This document shows, piece by piece, positions 40,501 to 52,500 of a stretch of DNA of 64,000 bases. The DNA is from Lingula anatina (Eukaryota > Animalia > Brachiopoda), in assembly GCA_051362555.1 (NCBI GenBank), contig CM120640.1:6324001-6388000 (forward strand), written 5' to 3'. A model generated the notes under the pieces. The model was not told where the DNA came from. It worked only from the letters and a program-made list of their open reading frames with translations, and ran no database searches. The position numbers were made by a program, and so were the translations under genes. The first letter of the stretch is position 1, and each line of letters starts with the position of its first letter.

Positions 40501-43500
40501 AAAGAGGTTTAATGGAGTTCAGAATGGAGTGCAAGATGTTCCTAGTTACTGTTGTTGAAAAATTGCTCAAAAAATGTCCTGTGAGTTACAGTTTGGTAAG
40601 GTATTTGTCCTGCCTCAATCCTGTCAAAATGTCATCCGATGCAGACAAGGAGAAGTGTATTTCCAGCTTCAAAAAAGCTCTGTCAATTCTATTAAACCAT
40701 AAACTTGTGAAAGAGAATGAGTGTGACAGACTTCAACAACAATACTTCTTGTTTCTAGATGAAATCCCTGTCATAGGATCTGCTGAATTCAAGCAGTATG
40801 ATTCACAGCATGCCTGCCAAAATGGAATTGATGAATTGATTCACAGAACAATGTCCACCCCAGATGGCAGATTCAAAGATTTGTTGAAGCTAGTAACACA
40901 TCTTTTAGTATTGTCTCATGGCCAAGCCTCAGTGGAGAGGGGTTTTAGTGTCAACAAAGACGTGGAGGTAGAGAACATGAGAGCTCAAACCCTGGTTGCA
41001 CAAAGGATTGTCTGTGACCATGTGGCGAAGGTTGGAGGAATATTTGAGGTCAATATCAACAAAGACTTGATACTGTATGCCAAGCAATCAAGGCAGAAAT
41101 ATGAACTGTTTCTTCAAACAGAAAGGGAGAAGAAAAACAGTGAAGAATTACAGAAAAAGAGAAAGTGCATCTTGGATGAGATTGATGATTTGAAAAAGAA
41201 GAAAAAAAGAATCCAGGAAGATATTGACAATTTAACCAAGGCTGCAGACAGTCTGTTCTTAAAAGCTGAGAAAACTAGGAAAATTTCCTTTGTTACCCAA
41301 GCAAACTCCCTTCGCAAGACAGCTGAGGAGAAAAAGAAAGAAATTACTGATATTGAAAAAGCCTTGGCTTCTTCAGTGGAAAAATTATAAACTTAGTTCA
41401 GCAATTCAAGAAGCAAAACAGACTGTTTAACTACATTTTCATAACAGATTAAACTGTTATTTTTCAACAGTGCAATATACATCATGAACATTTAGACTCT
41501 TTAATGCATGATATATTGATTCATAAGACTAATAAATTCTAGCTGTGCCAAATATTCTTGGTTATATTTTTACATATTCATATTGGATGGTTTACAAATA
41601 ATAATTGTCCAGTGTAACATACTCCTGGAAAAAAAAATTATGTCCTTGAAAACTCCTGGAAAACTCCTGGAAATTAATTTTATTAAAGCTGGCAGAACCA
41701 TGTTGTAGAACTAGTTCTTTGCCTTGTCTAACCAAATTTAAGGGTCTGAATAATTTGACAGAGATGAATTGTAATCAAGTGGAATGTGAAATTAAATGCT
41801 ATCAACACTGTATTTTTTCTACCCTGGTAACTGGTGTGACAAGTGCAAAATGTGTGAAATTTTATTTTTTATTTATTCAATTTTTATAATTATTGCTATA
41901 CACTTCTCAGTATCTTTTCTTTTGATGACTTCTCATAAAAGATTAAGAAACTGAAAGTTTTCAGTAAAGATTATGTGAAATGATAATATTAATAACAAAA
42001 TAAAATTTCCCTTCTAGCTACCGTTTCCCAACCATGGCTGAAATGGGTGGCTGCTTAGGGGAGGTGCTAGACAAATTGGGGTAGGTACTAGTATAATGGT
42101 TGCTAGCTCTTACACAATATTGAGTGTTTGTCATTCTCAGAGAGTATTTTTTCATTGAAAGAAGTAGGTGGCACCATGATGGCATCCATGGTCTATTAAA
42201 TCAAATATCTAGTTTAATACTAAATGTGTGAGATGCAAGAAACAGCCTGCTGTCTACAAAATTGCATGCACAGACATTGATGATTTTTTAATCTGGTCAA
42301 TACTTAATAGATGCATCTCTCTTGTGTAGTTGTTTCTTATTACTCTATTTGTTGGCAAATCTGCCAGCATTGGGTCCCTGTAGGCAGGATGTGGCCCATC
42401 AATATATGCACAGGCATTGTGACCTAGATTATTATTATTATTGGTCAATTATGAATATTCTCTGAAATTCATAGCCATTGTGATTAAAGTTGATGAACAT
42501 GGATCAGTGCACTTAAATTTTTTTATTTCTCCTTGCTGTAACCACCAGGCTTTTTTTAGTTCTCATTCTCTCCAAATGGGTCTACTTACAGGTCATTTTT
42601 GGTACAGTTGTAGGATGAATATTGTAATAGGTCATTCCAAGTGTAGAATATTAATATGTATGTCAAAGCCATGTCAAAAGCTTGATTTAGACCAAAGCTG
42701 ATTTTATTCTTGCCACAGAGAGGGTGCAATAAGAATTTTCTCTAGGAGAAATGGCAACTGAAACTTTCAGTAGGAATATTGCCTTCTATTATTAAATAAA
42801 TTGTGTGATTTGGCAATTTTCAAATATCTGTCTTGCTGTGGTGGTTTTGAAATTCATGCAGATTTCGATCTCATGTCTGTGACATATCACTCACATATAT
42901 AAAGCTGGTAATCTTGACATGAAAGCATTTTGAAAGACTTTTTGCAGACATCATTATTTAGATCTGGCCCTTGATGTTTTTTTTCTCCTTTTTCAATAGG
43001 CATGAGGGGCATGATATTATATGTGACCAAAGTAACATAGAAGGTGTGATCTTTAAACAGCTAAATTCATAACCAACTGAAGCACTTGCAGCAGAAATTA
43101 AACAGCAATAGGTTTATTGTGCACATGCACAAGTGCACTTGCTTTTCCTGATTGTGCAAGGCCTGTTGGCTTTGTACTTGATTTATTAGATCTGTTTAAA
43201 CTGTGACAGATGTGTGCCTTTTAATAATCGGTTTTTAAATGTCATTGGATTGACTTGTAGCTTATACTTCACATGAACGATCTGCAGTGATATGACAGAT
43301 TACTTCCCCATTATGATAGACCTCCCTAGGAGATATGAAATGTAAGTGGCTATTGCTTACCTATGAGGTTTGAAGGGAAATTGATGTGTCTGTTTTAGTG
43401 TGACAAGGCCTGTCATGTGCTTTGGGGAAGGAGCTGGTGCCAACATCTTAGCAAGATTTGCTGTAAGTACTGAACTGAGTGCCCGGTACTGTGGGTCTTT

Positions 43501-46500
43501 ATTATACAGTGTCTTTATTATATTATGTTGCTCAAATCTTCTTGTTAGTTACATAGTGGACCAACTGGTTGGTTGCCTAGTTGCACACTAATTTTTATGA
43601 TTGCTAGGATAATTGCCTGTGGGTATAAAAGAAACGTATGTAAGAAGAAGAGTATTAATGAGAATGCTTCCTAAAGTACCAGTCGTACATAATTTGATTC
43701 TGCTGCTAAATATGTGGTCAATAACTGGCTCTACTGTAACTGCCTTTTTTCACCCACAGATACTTAGGAGCTAAGAAACATTGATTTCTGCTTGTGCTTT
43801 CATATAAAGAAGACAGATAATATTGGCCTGTTATTCTTAACTCCTGATTTGATTATGGATGTTAAGAGTACCTACAATCTGTTTTTGTTTGCATTCCAGA
43901 TCTGTCACCCCATGAAAGTACATGGACTATGTTTGATTCACTGCACTGGAACCACTGCAGGGATTATGGAGACCATGAAAGATAAAGTAATTAAACAATA
44001 TACACTTAACCCTACTGTGCAACTGTCTCACTGTGGAAACTAGCAGTCTACCTGAGATTTCAGCAGAGATTGTTAACAAAGATTTATTGGTATTTGGTTG
44101 TGACAAAACCTGAAAATATAGAATATAATGGCCAGTGTGGTAGTCTTACAATATTAGCTGATGGAACTAATACTATTTCTAGTTTGGTTGTTAAGTTCCC
44201 TAAAACAAATTTTTACACTTTTGATTTACATGCATTGTGGGAAGCGCTGTTAAAATACAACTTAGTCTCAGAGTTGAAACTAAACTCAAATTACAGCAGA
44301 CTTCACAGGGAAGGAACAAACTGATAAAACTAATCAAATTTGTGTATAATTTCACATTTTCTAGGTGATGCAGTGGAAGCTAGATCATTTTGGGATGACC
44401 CCCTCTACTGCAGCCTACCTTGTCATGCACAGATTTGGATCGGTGGGTATTGCTACTTGATATTTCTGACATTTATCATTTTGCCAGGTAGTTCATCATT
44501 ACTTTGTATCTGAACTTGCTATTGGCAGGTACAATTACCCACTGTTTTTGCTTAAAGTGCATGAATGTGTCAGATAGTAAGAAAAGGAGGGGGGAGGTGG
44601 TGAACAAAAATGGTAGAGTCAGCAGTTTGGGATATTGGTCTTGTAAGCCATTTTGATACATTAATTTAATTTCTTAGATATTACAAAATTGCCACCCAAA
44701 AATATTACTAATTCTGTAATTCAAAAAAAAAAAAAAAACTTTCTTAACCCAACCCTAAGAAACTGTGGGAAATACTGGTGCATCTCTATGTTTTTGAGTG
44801 AGCAACCAGTGTAGGGTCATTTCCATGGGCTCTTTTTGATATCAACTTTTTTCAGTTATATCAGATCACGTTTACCTTGAAGAGTTATTAAAATGAAGTG
44901 GAAGTAGGTACCTTTGATTGTGTTGGGGAGGTATGCCATCTCTGTCTTAAAGGTCTCCATCTCTTATTAAACATTTTTAGTTCCTTATTTTGATAGACCT
45001 GGCAGCAAGAAGGGAAGAAGGTATGTAGGGGTTGTGTTAATGTATACCTTCCTGCTTTGGCAGCAAAATGCCTGGGCTCTGAAAGCAGATGACTTGAGAA
45101 ACTTTCCAGGGTGTGTTTGTTTAGACTAGTCCACTGACTGATAGCTTGACCTTTTCTTGCAGTTCATACCTGTGCAATTTCACTGAGAAATTGGAGATTG
45201 TTGAATGAAATGGACTTTAGAAACATCAGAATTATGTATTGCACTATGTAATTGTCAGTATCAAGTTTATCAGTCAATATCCATCAGAGGTCCATCCAGA
45301 GATACACAGAAGTAATAGGTATCACATGCTAGTGTCTGGGTGAACCCTGCTTGGAGCTTCATGGTCATATATATTGATATGTCTTATAACTGCAAAAAAA
45401 AACCTTTGTTGTGTCTTCACATGCTCTTCTCTATTTTCTGTGCTTTCATATATAGACAGCACAAGAGGTAGGTGGTGGCGATCAGGGCATGATTGAAGAT
45501 GGATGTTCAATGTATATATTGATATATCTTGTAGATTTTTGAAGCACCCTTTAGATTATAGACACCCTTTGATTTTATGCTTAATGTTACTTCTTACGTC
45601 AGGCTGTTGCTGGGGTCTGGCTTTCCCAGTTCTGAAAGGCTTTCAAAACATTTTAGTTACCAGATTGATATTTTGCATGTAGCTTATGTAATAGCATGCC
45701 TTAAAGTTAGAGTTTGTTTTTACAGGCTCTCAGTTAATTATTTATTTGTTATCAATTAATTTTTATTGTTATTATTAATTAGATTTAGCATTAGCCTTTT
45801 TGATCCAAGGGTTATTTTGTTAAATGACCTCGGTGGTCCAGCGCACTTTCTCTCTCAGAGCTCCCTTGAAGTGAATGTTACCTGAAAAATCAGGTCTAGT
45901 TCACTTGCTGCCTGTGTATAATAAAAGAAAAAATGTTTTGATCACAGACTCTTAATGGAAAAGTCCACCTTCCAGCATTGGACACAAGTTTATATTTTTG
46001 TTAGACCATATTTTTGTAAAATTTGTTAAAATGTTGAAGGGCAGTACTCTCCTGTTGTGAACTGTAGGTGTTTTATTGCCTACAATTATTTGACTTGAGT
46101 GCATTAGCTTTGTCTTTTTATGTACAGACACATTGTCATCACCTTCAGTGTTGCTGTGCTCTTTTCATTGTTAATGCAATTTTTGGAAAATTCACTTGAT
46201 TAATTATCCTCACTGGAGTGATTTATGGCACTAGAATACAGGTCAAGTTTGAATAACAGTTTTACTGAATTATTTTTCCTGAAGTTATGAAGATGGTGGT
46301 GATTATGCTGTTTAATCTTATGTTATATTGCATCAAAATCAGCAAAAACCCTATTTTGTGCACTCTAAAAAGAAGTCTTCAAATAAAATGGTGTTATTTA
46401 TTATTCTCTAACTTACAAGAATAATTTTTGGATCTATAATATATATCAAATTGGAATATGAGCTTCATTAATTCTTCTCCATGAGGTTATGCATCTTTAA

Positions 46501-49500
46501 TGAAATTTTCATTTGTCACAAATTGGCATTTTCATTGTGTAACTTTGAAGTCTCATTGGCCTGAGGCACAATGTTATTTACATTTTCTGGATGTCCATTT
46601 TATCTGAAGCACATAAATTAAAATGGGCAGTGTTTATGCTGTTAAGCATTATGTAATATTGTGTCAGAATTGACAAAAAAGTGTCTTGTGTATTAGCATC
46701 ATAATTTTCTTTGTGTCTGTACTTTTCACAGCTTTACTGCCTTGTTTCTCCAACATTGTTGATAAAATATGAAAAAAGGGTTGCAAAATATGTCTATCTC
46801 CACTATTCAGTAGGTATGCTCAGTTCCTTAGAGTGATTTGATGCCCATTTAGTGCTTTTATTCAGCCTGTTCCGTACACAAAGCTGGATTGTGGCATCGG
46901 CTATTATTATACTTATACCATATTACTATGTGTGGCTCTGTATATATGCTGCATCCCGCTTGTAGATGTTTTCTTTTTCTGTGGAAATGACTTTTAAAGT
47001 ATGTTCAGATCAAATTGCCAATCTCAACTGAAAAGAATTCATAGGTTTTATTTTTGAATGAGGATTTTCTGTCATTTTTCCCTCATTTACAAATACAATT
47101 TAATGACCTATAAACAAATTAGCCATTCACATTCTTGACCTTCCTGTTTGTGATTACGTAGATGTATGTCTGATAAACAACTCAAATGGCTATATCATGC
47201 TTATCCAAATCTGACCTTTGACCTACTTTTCATCATCAAATGTACTTTGCAAATGTTCTAGCCATAATGTCTCCAAAACTAGAATTGCAACCCTCTAGTT
47301 ACTTGGGGTGGATCCAGAGATATTTTCTGACAGGCTTCCATATTATCTTTATTGATCCATCCTCCATTTTTGACCGTCTTTGGATATAAAAAATTAGATA
47401 CCAGTCTAAATCTGCCCTGGTTACTATTGAACTTGAATAGGAAACCATTCATTAAGAATCAAAATTTGACCTCGAGTTTCATCTTTGACCTACTTTTTAC
47501 CATGAAATGCAGTTTCAAAATTTTCTAGACCTTACATATTTCTAATGTAGGAGACTTTCAACCTTACTTATGATTTACTTAATTCTGAAATTGTGCATTG
47601 AGAATAAAAATGTGACCCTGTATTTGACTTTTGACCTACTCTCCACCATGAAGAGCACTTTTCAAAATTTTAAAGACTTTTTGTAATGTAGAAGAGATTC
47701 ACCTGAAGTTACCATTAAACTGAAATGCACTTAATCCTGCTGGTGGTGCACAACCTGGTGGCAATGCCACCACTCTTTTTGCAGTATTTATCATTTTGAC
47801 AAATATAAAGACTCTGTTAAAGACAAGTTTATACCATGTATATTTGTGTAATGAGTATGATTTTCTGATGATTATATTTCGTGTGATATTTTAGAATATG
47901 TTTGCTTTTATAACATATAAAAGCAGTATATGGTTTGATACGGGTATTGCAGTGCAACAAAATCAATTGTGTCAGATTTGACAGTGATCTCTTACAGTAA
48001 TCATCCCACTTATTTGAAGTACATAGATTGATTATGACAATATTTTATTTAAAATGCTTCGAAGAGTTAACAAAAAGGGAGTTGGAGGCATGCTTGCAAA
48101 AACTTGCAAGAAACTATAAAAAAAGAAAAATGGTGCAATTACTGTATTGCGCCATGTATCAAGATATCACTCATATATTGACAATGTATTCTTACTTTCA
48201 AGATCACACTTTAAAATCAACATTAATTTTGCAGTTTGAGGCTGTTGATAAGCAGATGGAGCAAATCGTAGAAGACTTCCGCAATAAACTTAAGAAGGAG
48301 GTGAACCCAAAGAATCTGACCAAATTTGTGGATTCTTTTATGAAGTAAGAATTAATGGCATACAGTCACCATTAGAATGTTGATTAAGAAACTCTGATGA
48401 TACCTCTGTTGCAGCAGCAGCAAATTGCTGTAGATATAACACAACATCTGTATACTTATGCCGCTGTAAATTAAAGATAGTTTTGTTCCTAGTAATGCAT
48501 ATAAACCACTTCTACTTGTTTCTAATATGGCTCAACATGCCAAGAGATAAACCCAGTTTATCACATATCAAATGGTTTATATGTGTTACTGGAACTTAAC
48601 ATTTTCATTGATACTTTTTATGCTGTTATTATGAAGATTATTTACAATAATTATACATATAGGACCCAGGCATTGTCATAGATATGTAGGGATTGGGGTC
48701 CCTGAGGGTGAGCTTCTCTTTACAGTGTGGAGAAGTGTAGGGATTTGGTTTGACTACCCAGTGAAACCATGTAGTTATGAATTATTATGAGGTTAGATAT
48801 AAAATAAATGTTTATGTGACATGAAGATTATTTAACAAGGTTTACATTTCTGTCTTAATGTGTTTTTATGATTACACTTGGTGTATTTTTTTTTCTTTTC
48901 AGACGTTCGGAACTCTTGCCAGACCTTAAAAACATAACGTATGTATTACACTTTTGCTCTAGTTTATAAACCCCTGAGAAACAAAAAATGGCTTTTCATA
49001 TAATACAAATTTGGTTCAAAACCTTAGCAGTCATTGCTGAGACTTAATTTTGACTGGTATTTTTGTTTGAAATAACCTTTTTGTACTTGCAGAGTGTCCC
49101 TACTTTGCCCAAAATTATGCTAAAATGATAAATTACCACAATTAACTATTTGATTTGTTTACTTATAAAATGTGAACAAGGATTTGCCATGATTTTACGT
49201 AAAATGCTATTTTTCATCATTTGTGAAATGTATTGGAAATTATAGATGTGGGAATGACAGTATTACATTATATAGAAAATACATGTAGTATTAGAATATT
49301 TTATGTTAAACAATACCTTAAAAGTAACCACTGATATTCTTAATTCTTTAGCTGCTTTGTGTTGCTGGTGACAGGGGAGAAGGCCTCCTTTAATCATACA
49401 TGCAAAACCCTAGAGGTGAATTTTAGGAAAAGCATTGAAAACAAGAAAAAACTGGAGTCACTGGAAGTTGAAGGTGTAGCTAATGTTATTGTGGAGAGAG

Positions 49501-52500
49501 TAAGTAAAAGTCGTCACATCAGTATACAACATAGTACAACTGACTCTAACTTGCAATTGTACCGTTTTACTAAAATGTTTGAAGCTTGATTCATGCACAA
49601 ATAGACTTGTAACCATGAACAGATACGAACAAGAAAAATACTTTAAATTATAGAGACATTTTTTACAAGAGAAATTTGCGGATTCATTCAGGAAAGTGGG
49701 AATAAAAATTAATCTAATACTGAACAAAAAAAAAAAAAGAATAACACAGCAATGTTCCAAAGTTACGATCAGATCACAAGTCTTCAACAGAGAAATGAGT
49801 CAGTGATTCAGTGGGGTGGTCACGTGACGGGGATCTTGCATCAAGAGCAGTTTTGAAATAATGAGTGGGTAAGTGTACTGTGTACAGTACAATGTAATGA
49901 TTGGTATTTATCTTCTTGTTTCAATTCTTTGCAGCCTGAGAAACTCGCAGAGGCCTTCTTATACTTCATGCAAGGTGCAGGTTTAGGTAAGTGTCTGTAA
50001 GACGGTTATAAAGGATGAGTTTTATTGGTTTTGCTTGCTCAACTTCGTGCAGCCTAAACTTTGTGAGTATTCTTACTGCACTATTCCATGCTTGTGATTT
50101 AATGCCACTAATGCATCTTTTACGGCAAAGTTTTTAAGTGGAGTCAAGCAGTTTATATAATATAGAATAAATGCATATTGTGACTTGACTGTAGCTTTTT
50201 GCACCTTTTAGAAAACACCCTTATATGATTCCCTGTTAGTTATGGGCAAATGTGTGAGCCACCAGCTCCTGCTTGTGCCAGTGCTGTTCAAAAAGCAGTC
50301 AGCCTATTAGGGTTTAGGTCTTATTTCAAGTCCATTTTACCTTCTCTTTGGATTTTCTCTTTGGAGTATTGTATTTTTACTACTTATAATAAGGGTATTT
50401 GTTTGCTTCACACGTGGACAGTGAGGGGTTCTTTTCATCTGTTTCCTTTTTCTTCAGATATTCGACACCCTGATTCTGATACCAGCTTTCACAAACTTGA
50501 ACTCTTTAAACTGAATAACCTGATCTCTGTTTTATACACATCTATTTGTATATGTGGAATTGAGAATCTTTGCCTTAATTATATATTTTGTGTACCTCAA
50601 ATTACCAAGTACAGAATTTTTCTGAAAAAATTATTGCCCCAATATAAAAATTGGTAAGACGCCTATGTAATAATGTATTTAATAGAGTGGCGTTACATAA
50701 AGCATGCCTTTGATTGTTAATAGATTGGTTTTGCATCCAGTATCAAGTAGTACCTGTGTCTTTTATGTAAAGTAGTAAATGTAAGCAGCTGTTAGATTTT
50801 CACTGGATGTTTTGAAGACCTACAACTCCAGTAAGTATACATGTGTAGAACAAGCTTTGCAACTCATAACGCTGCCACTGTCATTGCTTGCATGATTTTG
50901 ATATTAATCTGTGTTGTGTGTGTTTTTTTCTCTCTAATTCCAGTGTCAGGGATACCAATGGTACGCCATTGAGAGCTAGGCCAATTCCCAGTGTCACCAT
51001 AACATACATACAATGCTAGGAACACTGTATAGATATGTTATAGGGTTCACAGTATACATGATCTACCACACCTGGACCAGCAGTTGACTTCTATGTTTCT
51101 TATTGTGCAGACAGGCAAAATCATTCTTATATTTAAGGGCATTTAGATCATGGTGTATAGATTTGTTGGTAATCCAGTTAAGAAAAGATTTCATTTTTAC
51201 TGTCGGCATTTATCCACATTTGAAAACACATATATTTATTTAAATTTGTAGAAATGTAATGGTTTTGCCAGTCTTTTTCACATTACATATTTTATAAACA
51301 ACACTTTTATAGTAACATAACTTTTTTATGCAAATCGGTTAGCAATTTTACAAGAATCATTTCATAACAGGATTCAAACACTTACCTTTATGCAAAGAAA
51401 TCCATGTTGATTTTAAAATACATACAATTAAATCTTTACAGGGAATTATTCAGGGTCCTCTGTACGCATGATAGAAAGTAATTCATAACATTATTACACA
51501 CATCGTAATCTCTCTGGTAACTTATTTCAGTGGAGAATTGAATATTTAATGACATTTGTTTTACTCAGTAAGTGCTTGCAGTAAACATATAAGATAATAT
51601 TAGTAACTTGGATGATGCTTGGTGTTGTTTATGTGTGTTCTCATACCAATATCACGGGCATGGTATTTGTTTTCCAGTTTAGCTTAATTGCATTGGTGTA
51701 AAGCTTAGCTTTGAAATTTACCAAACTTTAAACTTAATTCTTTTTTAAAAAGTTTGTTTTGCTAAAGCATACTCATATATATGCTCTATTTTGCAATCAA
51801 AATGATCAGTCGCAGCACTTTTGTAGGTTCTGAAAGGCATGAAAGTCGTCACCAGATTGACTCTGTTTAAAACAGCCTGCTGTAGCAAGCACTATCCTTT
51901 GTTTCTGTATAAGAAGTGTTATATCATATAATCATATGTATCTATGTTTGTTTGTAGCATATGTTTAGATTGTTTGAATATCATAACCTGAAAAAATGGT
52001 TTAGGTTGGTTCTTGATGCTTTGAAATAATATAAATGTACCTCTGCATCACAAAACAAAATGGTTTCTCTGTTCCCATGAAACAGTTTGCTCCACTAAGT
52101 GGCTCTGGATATACAGCGGAAAGTGTACCACAAACAAAGCGTGGCACTAAAAAGACCAGTGGAATAAAAGTTTTACTTTAACATTTAAGTGCTATTAATA
52201 GGAAAATAATTGAAGTGCCATTCAAAATTTTATTTCTTAAAAAGTTTGGGATGCTGTGGATATAGTTTTGCTTTTCAACTTGAGTTATATCAATTTTAAC
52301 TGATATAAAGATTTTCGATGATTTGACTGGCAGTGCAGATCAATGCATTAAATGCTTTTATTACGAGGATATATATGTTTATATAATGGTATTTTCTTTT
52401 TATTAACCTGAATTATTAGTTCTAGTTCTGAATGGTTTGCTTATACAAAATTTGTGTCAGACCTTAAGTAGAAGCAAGTATTAATGTCATTATGCCTTAC

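Larger units (their letters stand above)
36625..41390 (+). pseudogene. hAT-like transposase (BED zinc finger + DDE), disrupted only by the nested insertion; reconstructs to ~809 aa
   Basis: Exon 36625-37363, GT-AG intron, then 37664-37828 + 39865-41390 (2430 nt, open). BED CSVC...H...H; ILFDESLN; ISMDGPNVN; SCGLH (CxxH); SHGQASVERGFS. Confidence 0.9.
36263..41702 (+). mobile_element. hAT5-type DNA transposon in NDRG intron 4, interrupted by a nested element
   Basis: Termini CATGGTTC / GAACCATG; 5-bp TSD TTGTA (36258-36262, 41703-41707); arrays of TCCTGGAA/TCCTTGAA subterminal repeats at both ends; encodes a transposase. Confidence 0.92.

Noticed and set aside
35037-42017. In-frame NDRG-transposase fusion (domestication by splicing)
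   Set aside because: Host intron 4 is phase 2 while the transposase intron is phase 1. The only in-frame route (skipping NDRG exon 4) runs into a stop in the nested insertion.
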